Shown here: positions 28,233-37,709 of the stretch, piece by piece | How the letters are laid out: each line of letters begins with the position of its first letter | Numbering within the stretch: position 1 is the first letter of the stretch | Assembly: GCA_965204375.1 (NCBI GenBank) | Contig: OZ241986.1 | Span: 3,168,001-3,232,000, forward strand | DNA length: 64,000 nt | Reading direction: 5' to 3' | Origin: Candidatus Latescibacterota bacterium | Lineage (GTDB): Bacteria > Latescibacterota > UBA2968 | Notes under the pieces: model-generated | Databases searched by the model: none | What the model saw: only the letters and a program-made list of their open reading frames with translations | Told to the model about the DNA's origin: nothing | Made by a program: the position numbers and the translations under genes

Positions 28233-29999
28233 GTGAGACGTTTTTACCGCGTATGCTTTATACTGGGGTTAACATTTGGCCTGGCTGGTTTTGCCCATGC
28301 ACAAACAGACCCGGCACAAGCTGACTTTGATGGCAATGGAAAGGTTGAATTTGCCGACTTCCTCCAGTTTGTCGCTCTTTTCGGCAAGACTTCAGCAGAC
28401 CCAGAGTTTGATAGCAGGATGGATTTTGATGGCAATGGAGCAATTGAATTTCCCGATTTTCTCCAGTTTGTATCCGTTTTCGGGCAATCATCTGGGATAA
28501 CCCCTGCAGCTCCTACCCCTACACTCGCAGTAGAAAGCAACATGTCCATTGCCCTAAGTTGGGCAGCTATTGCTAATGCAACAGGTTATAATGTAGAGCG
28601 CAGAATGCAGGGTTTGTCCGACTTCACAACTGTTGCTGAAAATGTGACTGGTACAAGTTACACAGATACCGGTCTGGTTCCCGGAACCGACTATACTTAT
28701 CGCATTGTGGTCATCAGTGCTGCAGGTCCTTCGGAACCAGGTTCAGTTGCTATGGCAATGACCACACCTTCGGGCATGGCATCTGGTATGCCCGAAGTCC
28801 TCACAGGCATGATCACCTCTGATCGCCTGCTCACATCCGACAAATACTATCTCCTGTCCGGCGCAGTCTTCATACAAGACGGTGCCACCCTCACAATCGA
28901 ACCCGGCACACAGATTTTCGGTGAAGGTGCGACAAACGGCACGCTCATCGTCGCGCAAGGCGGCAAACTCATGGCCGATGGCACAGCCAGCAGACCGATC
29001 GTCTTTACCTCTGACGCGGTAGAAGGCCAAAGAGACCGCGGACAATGGGGTGGCCTGATCATCAATGGCCGCGCCCCCGTCAACACAGGGGCTGTCGCAC
29101 AAGGCGAAGGCGACACAGGCACTTATGGCGGCTCTGACCCAACGGACAATAGCGGCGTTCTGCGCTACGTCCGCGTCGAGTTCGCCGGCATTGAATTCTC
29201 ACCCGACAACGAACTCAACGGCATCGCATTCCAGGGCGTCGGCTCTGGCACAGTCGTTGAATACGTCCAGGTTCACTACAACCAGGACGACGGCATCGAA
29301 TTCTTCGGTGGCACAGTCAATGCCAAATACCTCTACTGCACAGGCATCCGAGATGACTCTTTCGACTGGACAGACGGATGGACAGGCAAAGGACAATTCT
29401 GGGTCGCACAGCAGCGCGGCGACGACGCTGACAACGGATTTGAATCTGACAACGAAGGTGACAACAACGAAGCCATGCCAAGATCCAATCCCACCATCTA
29501 CAACGTGACCCTCGTCGGCGATCCCAACGGTCCCGAATCTGACACAGGTCTCTTACTGCGCGAAGGCACAGCAGGAACCTTGCGCAACTTCATAGTAATA
29601 GGCTTCAACAAGGGTGGACTCGACATTGATACTGGCTCCTCAATCCAACTGGCCAACAGTGGTGAATTGTCGGTACAGAACACCATCTTCTACAACAACA
29701 AGGTCGATGGCACACCTGGCAACTTTGAGGTTGATGACGATGAGATTGACGAAGCGGCCTGGGCGAGAATGCCTTCTTTCAACAATGCTGAAGTTGATCC
29801 CATGTTGATGGCACCCTACAGTCAATCTACGCCCGACTTCACACCCGAGTCTAATTCTCCTGCTGCTGATGGTACAGTGCCTGTGGCATCGCCTCCCGAC
29901 GATGGATTTTTCACATCTGTCAACTTTATCGGTGGCGTTGATCCCCTGAGAAATTGGTTGGCCGGCTGGACGACCAATGAAAGACCCGCAGGTCAGTAA
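28233..29999 (+). CDS. secreted protein: dockerin/EF-hand pair + FN3 + beta-helix-like core of the TonB-receptor-associated (ElpS-like) family
   Basis: Signal peptide; two 'DFDGNG..EF.DFLQFV..FG' repeats; FN3 'LSW..YNVER..YTDTGL.PGTDYTYR'; core 'PIVFTS', 'GQWGGL', 'DNSGVLRYVRVEFAG', 'DDGIEFFGG'. Confidence 0.75.
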   Translation: MRRFYRVCFILGLTFGLAGFAHAQTDPAQADFDGNGKVEFADFLQFVALFGKTSADPEFDSRMDFDGNGAIEFPDFLQFVSVFGQSSGITPAAPTPTLAVESNMSIALSWAAIANATGYNVERRMQGLSDFTTVAENVTGTSYTDTGLVPGTDYTYRIVVISAAGPSEPGSVAMAMTTPSGMASGMPEVLTGMITSDRLLTSDKYYLLSGAVFIQDGATLTIEPGTQIFGEGATNGTLIVAQGGKLMADGTASRPIVFTSDAVEGQRDRGQWGGLIINGRAPVNTGAVAQGEGDTGTYGGSDPTDNSGVLRYVRVEFAGIEFSPDNELNGIAFQGVGSGTVVEYVQVHYNQDDGIEFFGGTVNAKYLYCTGIRDDSFDWTDGWTGKGQFWVAQQRGDDADNGFESDNEGDNNEAMPRSNPTIYNVTLVGDPNGPESDTGLLLREGTAGTLRNFIVIGFNKGGLDIDTGSSIQLANSGELSVQNTIFYNNKVDGTPGNFEVDDDEIDEAAWARMPSFNNAEVDPMLMAPYSQSTPDFTPESNSPAADGTVPVASPPDDGFFTSVNFIGGVDPLRNWLAGWTTNERPAGQ

Positions 30000-30019
30000 A
30001 GCTGACACTGCAGATTCAC

Positions 30020-30059
30020 AAAAAGGTCGGATGGATTTATGCCCATCCGACCTTTTTTT
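30020..30059 (+). terminator. intrinsic terminator
   Basis: AAAAAGGTCGGATGG...CCATCCGACCTTTTTTT. Confidence 0.9.
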
Positions 30060-30141
30060 CTGGAATCATAGACTTTGAAAATTAAAATTGTTATATTTTT
30101 TAGCTTAAAGAATCACTCCTGTGAAAGGATTGAAGTATCAC

Positions 30142-30621
30142 ATGAAATGTCTTAAACTTATTGTTGCATGCTGCACACTTGTCATGTGCGCCTGCGGTGA
30201 CGCCACATTGAAACGCGGATATGGCGAAACGCCCGAAGATCTGGGACGCGCCGTTGTTGCGGCACTCAACGCCAAATCTGCCGAAAAACTCTTCCACCTG
30301 CGCGTAGATAAAGACCAGTACATCGACGAACTCTGGCCCCAATTTTCATCGCCGGGCATGACGGGTGAATTTGCCTGGAGCAACCTCAACAAAAGAAACT
30401 TGAAAGGCATCCCAAAGTGGGTGGAAAATTACGGCGGCAAAAATTACGCCTTTGTACGCATTCGGTTCACCAGACCCACGCGCGACTACAAAACATTTAA
30501 ACTGCGCGGAGGTACCGTACTCACCGTCAAAACGCCCGAAGGCAAAGAACGCGATCTGCACATCCTGGGTTCTGTTGTCGAAAAAGAGCAATACTACCGT
30601 TTATTGAGTTATGACGACTAA
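30142..30621 (+). CDS. hypothetical lipoprotein
   Basis: Lipoprotein-like signal 'MKCLKLIVACCTLVMCAC'. Confidence 0.65.
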   Translation: MKCLKLIVACCTLVMCACGDATLKRGYGETPEDLGRAVVAALNAKSAEKLFHLRVDKDQYIDELWPQFSSPGMTGEFAWSNLNKRNLKGIPKWVENYGGKNYAFVRIRFTRPTRDYKTFKLRGGTVLTVKTPEGKERDLHILGSVVEKEQYYRLLSYDD

Positions 30622-31564
30622 CTTCTCAAAAATCTCTTTTCCCGGGCTGGTGTGTGCAAGCATCAGCCTATTTTTTTTATTTTGGACAAACTCCTTTGCC
30701 CAACTCTACACCCCCGATCGCGTCCCCAGGCTCATTGATGATCTACCCGTCTTTTTTAAACCCCTCGAAATTCAACTCCTATCCGACACATCCGATGGTC
30801 TTCTCAACTCATTTACGCTGCTCGATGCCGGTCTAATTGCTTCTGGCGCCACCACTCCGGTATCTCTTTCTCAAAATCGCCGCCGCTTCAAACACCTCCA
30901 ACAACACGCGCTCTTATCCATCCCCTACCTCCTGCACACCGAACACAGAGCAGCCGAACTTTTTTTTTATCTTCACCGGCAAATTCTCCGTCGATTTGAA
31001 ACCCGCCCCGTCACGCTACTTGACCTCTGGGTACGCGGGCGCTACAACTGTATCACAGCCTCCTATCTCTATTTTGTATTCGCCCGTCGCTATGACCTGC
31101 CCGTTGCAGTTGTCGAAACCCCAATGCACGCTTATGTTCGTCTCAATACCCGTCCATCCCTCGCACTTGAACTCACACTCCCCAAACGCGGATTTGGCTT
31201 TTCACAGACCCGCGACGATGTACTTTCAAATCTGCTCAACGCAGGTCTGATCACACCTTATGACCTATCAACATCCGGTATAGATGCGCTATTTGAAGCG
31301 TATCGAGAACGCCAACGCATCCTGACACCCGTGCAAATTCTCGCCGTATTTTTCTACAATCGCGCCCTTGCCGCTTATGAACACCGCGACATGCCTTATG
31401 CATTCCAATATGCCTTAGCCGCTCACCTCATCCATCCAGAAGATGCGCGATATCGGCGCCTCACCTACGACTTTGCCCGCGCCTATGCCACAGCCCTTCG
31501 CCGCGACGAGGAAACCGAAAATCTCCAAGCGGTAATGGCCTTTTTGAAGGGCTTTGTACCATAG
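30611..31564 (+). CDS. secreted transglutaminase-like Cys-His protein with TPR-like C-terminus
   Basis: 'GRYNCITAS', 'TPMHAY', helical 'FYNRA..AY'. Confidence 0.55.
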   Translation: MTTNFSKISFPGLVCASISLFFLFWTNSFAQLYTPDRVPRLIDDLPVFFKPLEIQLLSDTSDGLLNSFTLLDAGLIASGATTPVSLSQNRRRFKHLQQHALLSIPYLLHTEHRAAELFFYLHRQILRRFETRPVTLLDLWVRGRYNCITASYLYFVFARRYDLPVAVVETPMHAYVRLNTRPSLALELTLPKRGFGFSQTRDDVLSNLLNAGLITPYDLSTSGIDALFEAYRERQRILTPVQILAVFFYNRALAAYEHRDMPYAFQYALAAHLIHPEDARYRRLTYDFARAYATALRRDEETENLQAVMAFLKGFVP

Positions 31565-31584
31565 GTAAAGACTGTTATTTTCAT

Positions 31585-31614
31585 TTGACAATCTGCCCCC
31601 CATCGCATTATAAT
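31585..31614 (+). promoter_or_regulatory. consensus sigma70 promoter of ppk1
   Basis: TTGACA-18 bp-TATAAT. Confidence 0.8.
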
Positions 31615-31661
31615 ACTGGACCTTTAACGCAATTCCGTTGCATCTTCCCCCGGAGTGTGTT

Positions 31662-33779
31662 ATGGACCTCGGAGATACCAGTCTCTATTTTAACAGAGAA
31701 CTTTCATGGCTGCGCTTTAATCAGCGCGTATTACAAGAAGCCCGTACCCCCGAAAATCCCCTGCTGGAACGGGTCAAATTCCTGGGCATTGTAGCCAACA
31801 ACCTCGACGAATTTTTTGAAGTGCGCGTAGCGGGACTGCTCCAGCAAGTAGAAGCGGGCATTTCCGATTACGGTCCCGATGGCCTCCTGCCCGAAGAACA
31901 AATTTCGGCCATTGCAAAAGAAGCCCATCGCATGGTCGATGAGCAATACGCCTGCTGGAATGATGAACTCCTTCCCGCATTGCGCGATGCAGATGTTCAC
32001 ATACGCACCATCAGCACGCTTTCCAAACGCGAAAAATCCTTCCTCGACGACTATTGCCACGCAGAACTCTACCCGGTTTTAACCCCGCTCACCATCAGTC
32101 CCGCACACCCATTGCCACGCCTGATCAACAAAGCCCTCTGCATCGCTCTTTTGCTCAAAAATCGCGAAGGCGAAACATTGCTCGGCGTCGTGCAGGTTCC
32201 CCGTCTATTGCCGCGTCTGATTCGCTTGCCCCGGGAAGAAGACAGCCAGCGCATCGACTTCGTCTTCCTCGCCGATATTGTCCAGGCGCACATTCCCGAA
32301 CTTTTCCGGGGATATCAAATCCTCGACTCGGCGGCATTCCGCATCACCCGAAATAGCGATCTCTACTTAGACGAAGAAGAAGCCGACGACTTATTGCTCG
32401 CCATTGAAGACGAATTGCAAAATCGACGCAAAGGCGACACCGTCCGCCTCGAAATCGAAGCCGATGCCAGCCGGGCACTTGTCAAGCGCCTACAATCGAC
32501 ATACAGTCTGAAAAACAATCAGGTGTATCAGGTCAACGGACCGGTGAATCTCAACCGTTTGATGGGACTTTATAGCGCGACTCCCAGACCCGATTTGAAA
32601 TATTCACCCTATCACCCGCCCGACCAGACGTATGAGGAAGTTGATACCCTCTTTGACCAGATCAGACAAAAAGATATACTGCTTCACCATCCCTACGATG
32701 CCTTTACACCCGTTGTTCAATTCGTCAATTCGGCAGCAACCGACCCCGATGTACTCGCCATTAAACAGACACTCTATCGCACCAGCGAAGATTCCCCCGT
32801 TATCGATGCACTGATTCGCGCAGCAGAGACGGGCAAAGAAGTAACAGTGGTTGTTGAACTCAAAGCGCGATTTGACGAGGCATCCAATATTCGATGGGCG
32901 CGCCGCCTTCAGGATGCGGGTGTATGCGTCGTATATGGGGTTGTGGGCCTTAAAACGCACTGCAAACTCTCGATGCTGGTCAGACGTGAAACCAATAACG
33001 GGCTACGCCGCTACGCCCACATCGGCACGGGCAATTACAATCCCTCAACCGCCCGACTTTATACGGACCTGGGATTGTTCACAGCACGCGAAGACATCAC
33101 AAATGATGTAGCCGAAGTTTTTAACCTGCTCACCACGCAATCTGCACATCCCCAGGTCAGCAAGATGCTCATTGCACCCTCTACCATGCTCGATTCCATC
33201 CTTCAAAAAATCGACCGCGAAATCGACAATGCGCGCCAGGGACGCACAGCCCGTATTGTTGCAAAAATGAATTCACTTCAAGACCCCAAAGTCATTCGCG
33301 CGCTATATCGCGCATCCCAAAACGGCGTGCAAATTGACCTGATCGTACGCGGTATATGCTGCCTGCGTGCGGGGGTTCCCGGTATAAGCGATAACATCAG
33401 AGTGCGCAGCATCATCGGGCGCTTTTTGGAACACAGCCGCATCTACTACTTTGAAAATAACGGAGATCCCGATGTGTACATCGGCAGTGCGGATTGGATG
33501 CCTCGAAATTTGCGCCGGCGCGTAGAAACGCTTTGCCCAATTGAAGACCCGGATTTGATTGCACGGATAAAAACAGAACTCCTCAGCACCTGCTTTGCCG
33601 ACAATGTCAAATCGCGCGAAATACTGCCCGATGGCACACATCGTCACATTACACCCGCCCAAAATGAACCCGCATTCTGCATGCACGACATGCTCATGAA
33701 CCTTTCCCTGGGTGAACCCGTCGATATCCCCGACTTTTTCCAAACACCATCCTCAATCGAATCGACCGCTGCTACTTAG
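31662..33779 (+). CDS. ppk1: polyphosphate kinase 1
   Basis: 'FNRELSWL.FN.RVL', 'NLDEFFEVRVAGL', 'LHHPY', 'ELKARFDE', 'KTHCK', 'GRFLEHSR', 'SADWMPRN'. Confidence 0.97.
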   Translation: MDLGDTSLYFNRELSWLRFNQRVLQEARTPENPLLERVKFLGIVANNLDEFFEVRVAGLLQQVEAGISDYGPDGLLPEEQISAIAKEAHRMVDEQYACWNDELLPALRDADVHIRTISTLSKREKSFLDDYCHAELYPVLTPLTISPAHPLPRLINKALCIALLLKNREGETLLGVVQVPRLLPRLIRLPREEDSQRIDFVFLADIVQAHIPELFRGYQILDSAAFRITRNSDLYLDEEEADDLLLAIEDELQNRRKGDTVRLEIEADASRALVKRLQSTYSLKNNQVYQVNGPVNLNRLMGLYSATPRPDLKYSPYHPPDQTYEEVDTLFDQIRQKDILLHHPYDAFTPVVQFVNSAATDPDVLAIKQTLYRTSEDSPVIDALIRAAETGKEVTVVVELKARFDEASNIRWARRLQDAGVCVVYGVVGLKTHCKLSMLVRRETNNGLRRYAHIGTGNYNPSTARLYTDLGLFTAREDITNDVAEVFNLLTTQSAHPQVSKMLIAPSTMLDSILQKIDREIDNARQGRTARIVAKMNSLQDPKVIRALYRASQNGVQIDLIVRGICCLRAGVPGISDNIRVRSIIGRFLEHSRIYYFENNGDPDVYIGSADWMPRNLRRRVETLCPIEDPDLIARIKTELLSTCFADNVKSREILPDGTHRHITPAQNEPAFCMHDMLMNLSLGEPVDIPDFFQTPSSIESTAAT

Positions 33780-33934
33780 CCTGACTAATTCATGAAAAGT
33801 CATGATTTGGGGTAGTATGTAAGCGCAAAGTTGCATTTTCGCCCTCTGGCTGGAAATTTTGGGGTACTTTATTTGAGCCGTTAGATTGCGCGACAAAGGA
33901 ATAGCCCACACCTTTGGCGCACCTCGAGTACAGA

Positions 33935-33967
33935 AAAAGCCCGTCGATTACCACATCGACGGGCTTT
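33935..33967. terminator. hairpin/terminator downstream of ppk1
   Basis: AAAGCCCGTCGAT...ATCGACGGGCTTT. Confidence 0.65.
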
Positions 33968-34031
33968 ACCTTTGAGGCTGTGTTTGCTGCGGCCTTTGCA
34001 GATTTTCGGCTATTTCAACTAAAAATAGGAC

Positions 34032-34139
34032 TTGACCTGAACTCTTGTTTAACGGTATATAGCATATAGCAAAAAAAAGCCAAACAAAATTTCGTTTGGC
34101 ACATATCATATTTATTAACAATTATTTAAAAAATAATTA
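34032..34139 (+). promoter_or_regulatory. AT-rich promoter region with palindromic operator-like sites
   Basis: TTGACC-18-TATATA; near-palindrome GCCAAACAAAATTTCGTTTGGC (34079-34100); AATTATTT-aaa-AAATAATT (34121-34139). Confidence 0.5.
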
Positions 34140-34205
34140 TTGGACGATATATAGACCTTATCAAAAATATTTTTGACTCGTTTGAAAGGAGATAGGAGGG
34201 GTACC

Positions 34206-34706
34206 ATGTTTAAGCAGGTGATGATGGTGGTTATCCTGCTACCTGCTTATGTACAGGCAGAACCGACTGTATCAGATTGCGATTTCAATAATAATGGCCA
34301 GGTGGATTTTTCCGATTTTATAGCATTTGCACAGGCGTTTGGGACAGATCAGGTACTGTTTGATCTGGATGGCAATGCCCTGGTCGATTTTCAGGACTTT
34401 ATCATTTTTGTCCAGTTCTACGGTCAGGAAACAACGCCCACATCTATTCCCATTGGCCTTCAAGTTGGGCAAAGAGCACCCGACTTTATGCTGAGAACGC
34501 TCACTGATACGCCTTTCAAACTTCATGATCAACGCGGTAAGCCCGTGTTCCTCAACTTCTGGGCGACATGGTGTGGCCCCTGTCTTGTCGAAATGCCCGA
34601 TATGGAAAAGCTGCAACAGGCTATGGGGGATCAAATTCTGATCGTTGGTATTGATATACAAGAACCGCTTCCGCAGGTACAGAGGTTTGTCCTGCTGTTC
34701 TCTTAA
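34206..34706 (+). CDS. dockerin/EF-hand + TlpA-like thioredoxin, C-terminally truncated (possible pseudogene)
   Basis: Two 'D..G.VDF.DF' repeats; 'NFWATWCGPC..EMP'; ends before the cis-Pro strand. Confidence 0.7.
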   Translation: MFKQVMMVVILLPAYVQAEPTVSDCDFNNNGQVDFSDFIAFAQAFGTDQVLFDLDGNALVDFQDFIIFVQFYGQETTPTSIPIGLQVGQRAPDFMLRTLTDTPFKLHDQRGKPVFLNFWATWCGPCLVEMPDMEKLQQAMGDQILIVGIDIQEPLPQVQRFVLLFS

Positions 34707-34787
34707 AAACCGAGCGGATACCGAATCAAAAAGTGCAAATTGCACTTTTTGGGAAAGCCGTTTATCACTCTTTCCAGGAGGATTGTC

Positions 34788-36221
34788 ATGTGGCGATTGA
34801 ATTCTCACAGATTGTTAGTTGCCCTGGTCATTATTTTTATCGGATGGGGACAGATGGAAGCACGTCCTCCCTGGATTGACCAAAAATTGGGTGCCCCGGA
34901 CGGCAGTCCCAATAGTGTTGCACAACAACAAGAACCTGAAACTATGGTAACTTCGTTTGTTATCGGCGGAGTGACGCTTCAGGAAGATGTAAAAAATCCG
35001 CCCGTGCCGAGCGGGATGCAGAGATTTGAAATCACAATGAATAAACCCGTCGTAACTGTTACCACATTAAGGGAACCGGAAATGATACCCAACTTCGATG
35101 GTGACACCATCACCCTGGTAACTGTCACCAGGGGCTTTGATATTGACCGAGATTTTGTCTCCTATCCCCTCGCGTTTCTTGCATCCATCTATACCGCGCC
35201 CGATCTGGCCGCCAGTCCGGATAGCTTGACACTAACAGGTACTATCAATTTACCCGAAGGTGTGGTCTATCAGGTGCTTATTGGCCAGTCAGACCCAGAC
35301 CCCATTGAAGAACAACAGCAGTATTTCTTCGGCACAGTAGAATTGCCAGAGACCACTGTTTCTGGCGTAGCGATATTGCCAGAGGGTTTTACTCCGAGCG
35401 AGAGAAGTGCCAGTTGGGTTGGACTGTTCGATCCCGCATTATATTCAAAAGCCTTGGAGATAATAGAAGAAGACACTGATCTAATCAACTTCGGCGTTGT
35501 TCGCGCAACCAATTTGAATGAACAACAGGAATTCGAGTTGCCACATGTGCAAGATGGATCTTATGCACTTATTGTAGGCCAACGTGCTGTGGATCCACAA
35601 GGAAACGAGGTTCAATTGCTTGCTTTTAGGGGAATAAATTCCGTAACGGGCGCGGTGACTGATCCCGAAGCATTGATTCAAGTGGTGGATGGGAAAAGTG
35701 TGACAGGCGTGGAAATTGTGTTGCAAAAGGAGCCAGAACCCGTTGAAATTCGAGAAGTCGGCGTTCAAAGCGTGGATGTTGAAAACAATTCGTTTTTCAT
35801 TCAACGCGGTATTCATCAAGTAAGAATAAGTGTCTCAGAAGCTTTGATGATTGACCTTGGCCAGAGGACTGTCGATGATATTCTCTCGATATTCTTTTCG
35901 GGCAATGTCGATAGTCTTGCCAGTCTGTTTTTCCCCATTTCTGACCTGATGCCGGGAGATACCGTCTCTATTCTTGGCATTCAAATATCTGATTCTCCAA
36001 CTGTGGTTCAAGCGGTAATCGTGATACGTGAGTCTCAACCGCTACGCGGCGATCTGGATAGGGATGGGGATATTGACTTCACCGATTTCTTGCTTTTTGT
36101 TGAGGCTTTCAATACAAACGCCGGGGATCCCAATTATAACCTGCTTGCGGATATAGACGATAATGGCGTCATTGACTTTACCGACTTTCTATCCTTCATC
36201 AACCTATTTGGAACCGCATAA
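34788..36221 (+). CDS. secreted protein with C-terminal dockerin/EF-hand pair
   Basis: AGGAGG RBS; signal peptide; 'GDLDRDGDIDFTDFLLF', 'DIDDNGVIDFTDFLSF'. Confidence 0.75.
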   Translation: MWRLNSHRLLVALVIIFIGWGQMEARPPWIDQKLGAPDGSPNSVAQQQEPETMVTSFVIGGVTLQEDVKNPPVPSGMQRFEITMNKPVVTVTTLREPEMIPNFDGDTITLVTVTRGFDIDRDFVSYPLAFLASIYTAPDLAASPDSLTLTGTINLPEGVVYQVLIGQSDPDPIEEQQQYFFGTVELPETTVSGVAILPEGFTPSERSASWVGLFDPALYSKALEIIEEDTDLINFGVVRATNLNEQQEFELPHVQDGSYALIVGQRAVDPQGNEVQLLAFRGINSVTGAVTDPEALIQVVDGKSVTGVEIVLQKEPEPVEIREVGVQSVDVENNSFFIQRGIHQVRISVSEALMIDLGQRTVDDILSIFFSGNVDSLASLFFPISDLMPGDTVSILGIQISDSPTVVQAVIVIRESQPLRGDLDRDGDIDFTDFLLFVEAFNTNAGDPNYNLLADIDDNGVIDFTDFLSFINLFGTA

Positions 36222-36386
36222 GTTGATCGGTGAAAAAGCTGAGATAACTATATGGACGAAGAAAAATGGCGGTCCCATACGCATAGCGGATAAAGAGACG
36301 GAGAGGAGGATATTAGAAATGGAGGAAAAGCTAAATGGTCTGGAAAATTTCATTGCTACTCTCTCCATTCCCAGCACTATCCACAA

Positions 36387-37679
36387 TCACCTCTTCACGC
36401 GCCTGTACCAATTTTGCAACACATCGTACAAATGCGCCTGTTTCTCGGCGTTTGTGGGATCGTCCAGCAGATTATTCATCTCGTAGGGATCATTTTCCAA
36501 ATCGAACAGATGTGTTGCCACAAAGCCTTCTTTCTCCACCACCAGCTTAAACGCGCCTTCGCGCACCATACACCAGGGCTGCATCTCTGAAAACACCGGT
36601 CGGTCTAAAGTATGCGAAGGATCGCTCATCAGAGGCGCGAAACTATCGCCTTCTACCGAAGGCTCGGGGGATTCTCCCGCATAATCTACACACGTCGCAA
36701 AAAAATCCACACCAGACACCAGATCATCCACCACCGCACCTGCCGCGCCCCCCGGTGCGCGAACAATCAGGGGAATGCGACTCGACTCCTCCCAGGCCTT
36801 GCCCTTATTCGTCTCTCCGTGACTGCCCTGCAAATCCCCGTGATCCGACGTAAACATCACCACCGTATTATCCCGCAACCCCATGCGATCCAGCGCATCC
36901 ATCATCCGCCCCACATTTGCATCCAACTGCGTCACCATCGCGTAATACGCGCGCAGATATTCATCGAGATCATTGCCATAGCGCTGATAAACCGGATCAT
37001 TCTCCTGGGGCTTGGGGCTCGGCGGACTATGCGTTCTCGTATAGGGATCAACCTCCACGCAATTCGGACGTCGCGCAAGGGGCACGCCCCGATACATCTC
37101 GTCGTATTCATATCCCGGCTGCTCGGGATAATGCGGATTCTGATAGGACACAAACAGCGCGAAAGGTGCGTTACCCACCATCTTCTCCATGCGCTCAATC
37201 GCAATATCACTCGTCACATCTGTTCGGTGATGATCGTACCAATGCTCATCGCCCGCTTCATCGTAAAATTTCACACTGTGCAAAAAATCGTTATAACACT
37301 GATACCCGATAAACTCCGTAAAATCCGCCCGCAACTCGGGTGGGATCCACACATTACCCGTTGCGCCCAAATGCCACTTGCCCACCCAACCGGTTCGATA
37401 CCCCGCATCATTCAGTGCACCTGCCAGTGTGCGCGTCCCCTCGGGAATATACCGCCCATTGCGCAACGTATCTGTCTGCGACCCGTATTGTCCCGAAATT
37501 AGCGTCGCGCGAAACGGCGTACAAACCGGTGCATTGGAATAACAATTGCGAAACAAAACCCCTTCTTGCGCCAGCTTGTCCAGATTTGGCGTATGAATAT
37601 CCTCCGTCCCCATACACCCCATTGCAAAAGCGTGCATCTGATCGGCAAAAAGAAACAGAATATTTGGTCTATCGCTCAT
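36387..37679 (-). CDS. sulfatase (S1, Cys-type)
   Basis: 'PNILFLFADQ', 'CTPFR', 'GKWHL', 'SDHG'. Confidence 0.93.
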   Translation of the reverse strand: MSDRPNILFLFADQMHAFAMGCMGTEDIHTPNLDKLAQEGVLFRNCYSNAPVCTPFRATLISGQYGSQTDTLRNGRYIPEGTRTLAGALNDAGYRTGWVGKWHLGATGNVWIPPELRADFTEFIGYQCYNDFLHSVKFYDEAGDEHWYDHHRTDVTSDIAIERMEKMVGNAPFALFVSYQNPHYPEQPGYEYDEMYRGVPLARRPNCVEVDPYTRTHSPPSPKPQENDPVYQRYGNDLDEYLRAYYAMVTQLDANVGRMMDALDRMGLRDNTVVMFTSDHGDLQGSHGETNKGKAWEESSRIPLIVRAPGGAAGAVVDDLVSGVDFFATCVDYAGESPEPSVEGDSFAPLMSDPSHTLDRPVFSEMQPWCMVREGAFKLVVEKEGFVATHLFDLENDPYEMNNLLDDPTNAEKQAHLYDVLQNWYRRVKR

Positions 37680-37709
37680 TAGTTGCTCCTTGTGTTGGTT
37701 AATATCTTT

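Noticed and set aside
31550-31620. Pho box at ppk1
   Set aside because: No 11-bp periodic units were found; the promoter looks like consensus sigma70.
36222-36386. Possible gene fragment after 36221
   Set aside because: No clear start or recognisable family; cannot be supported.
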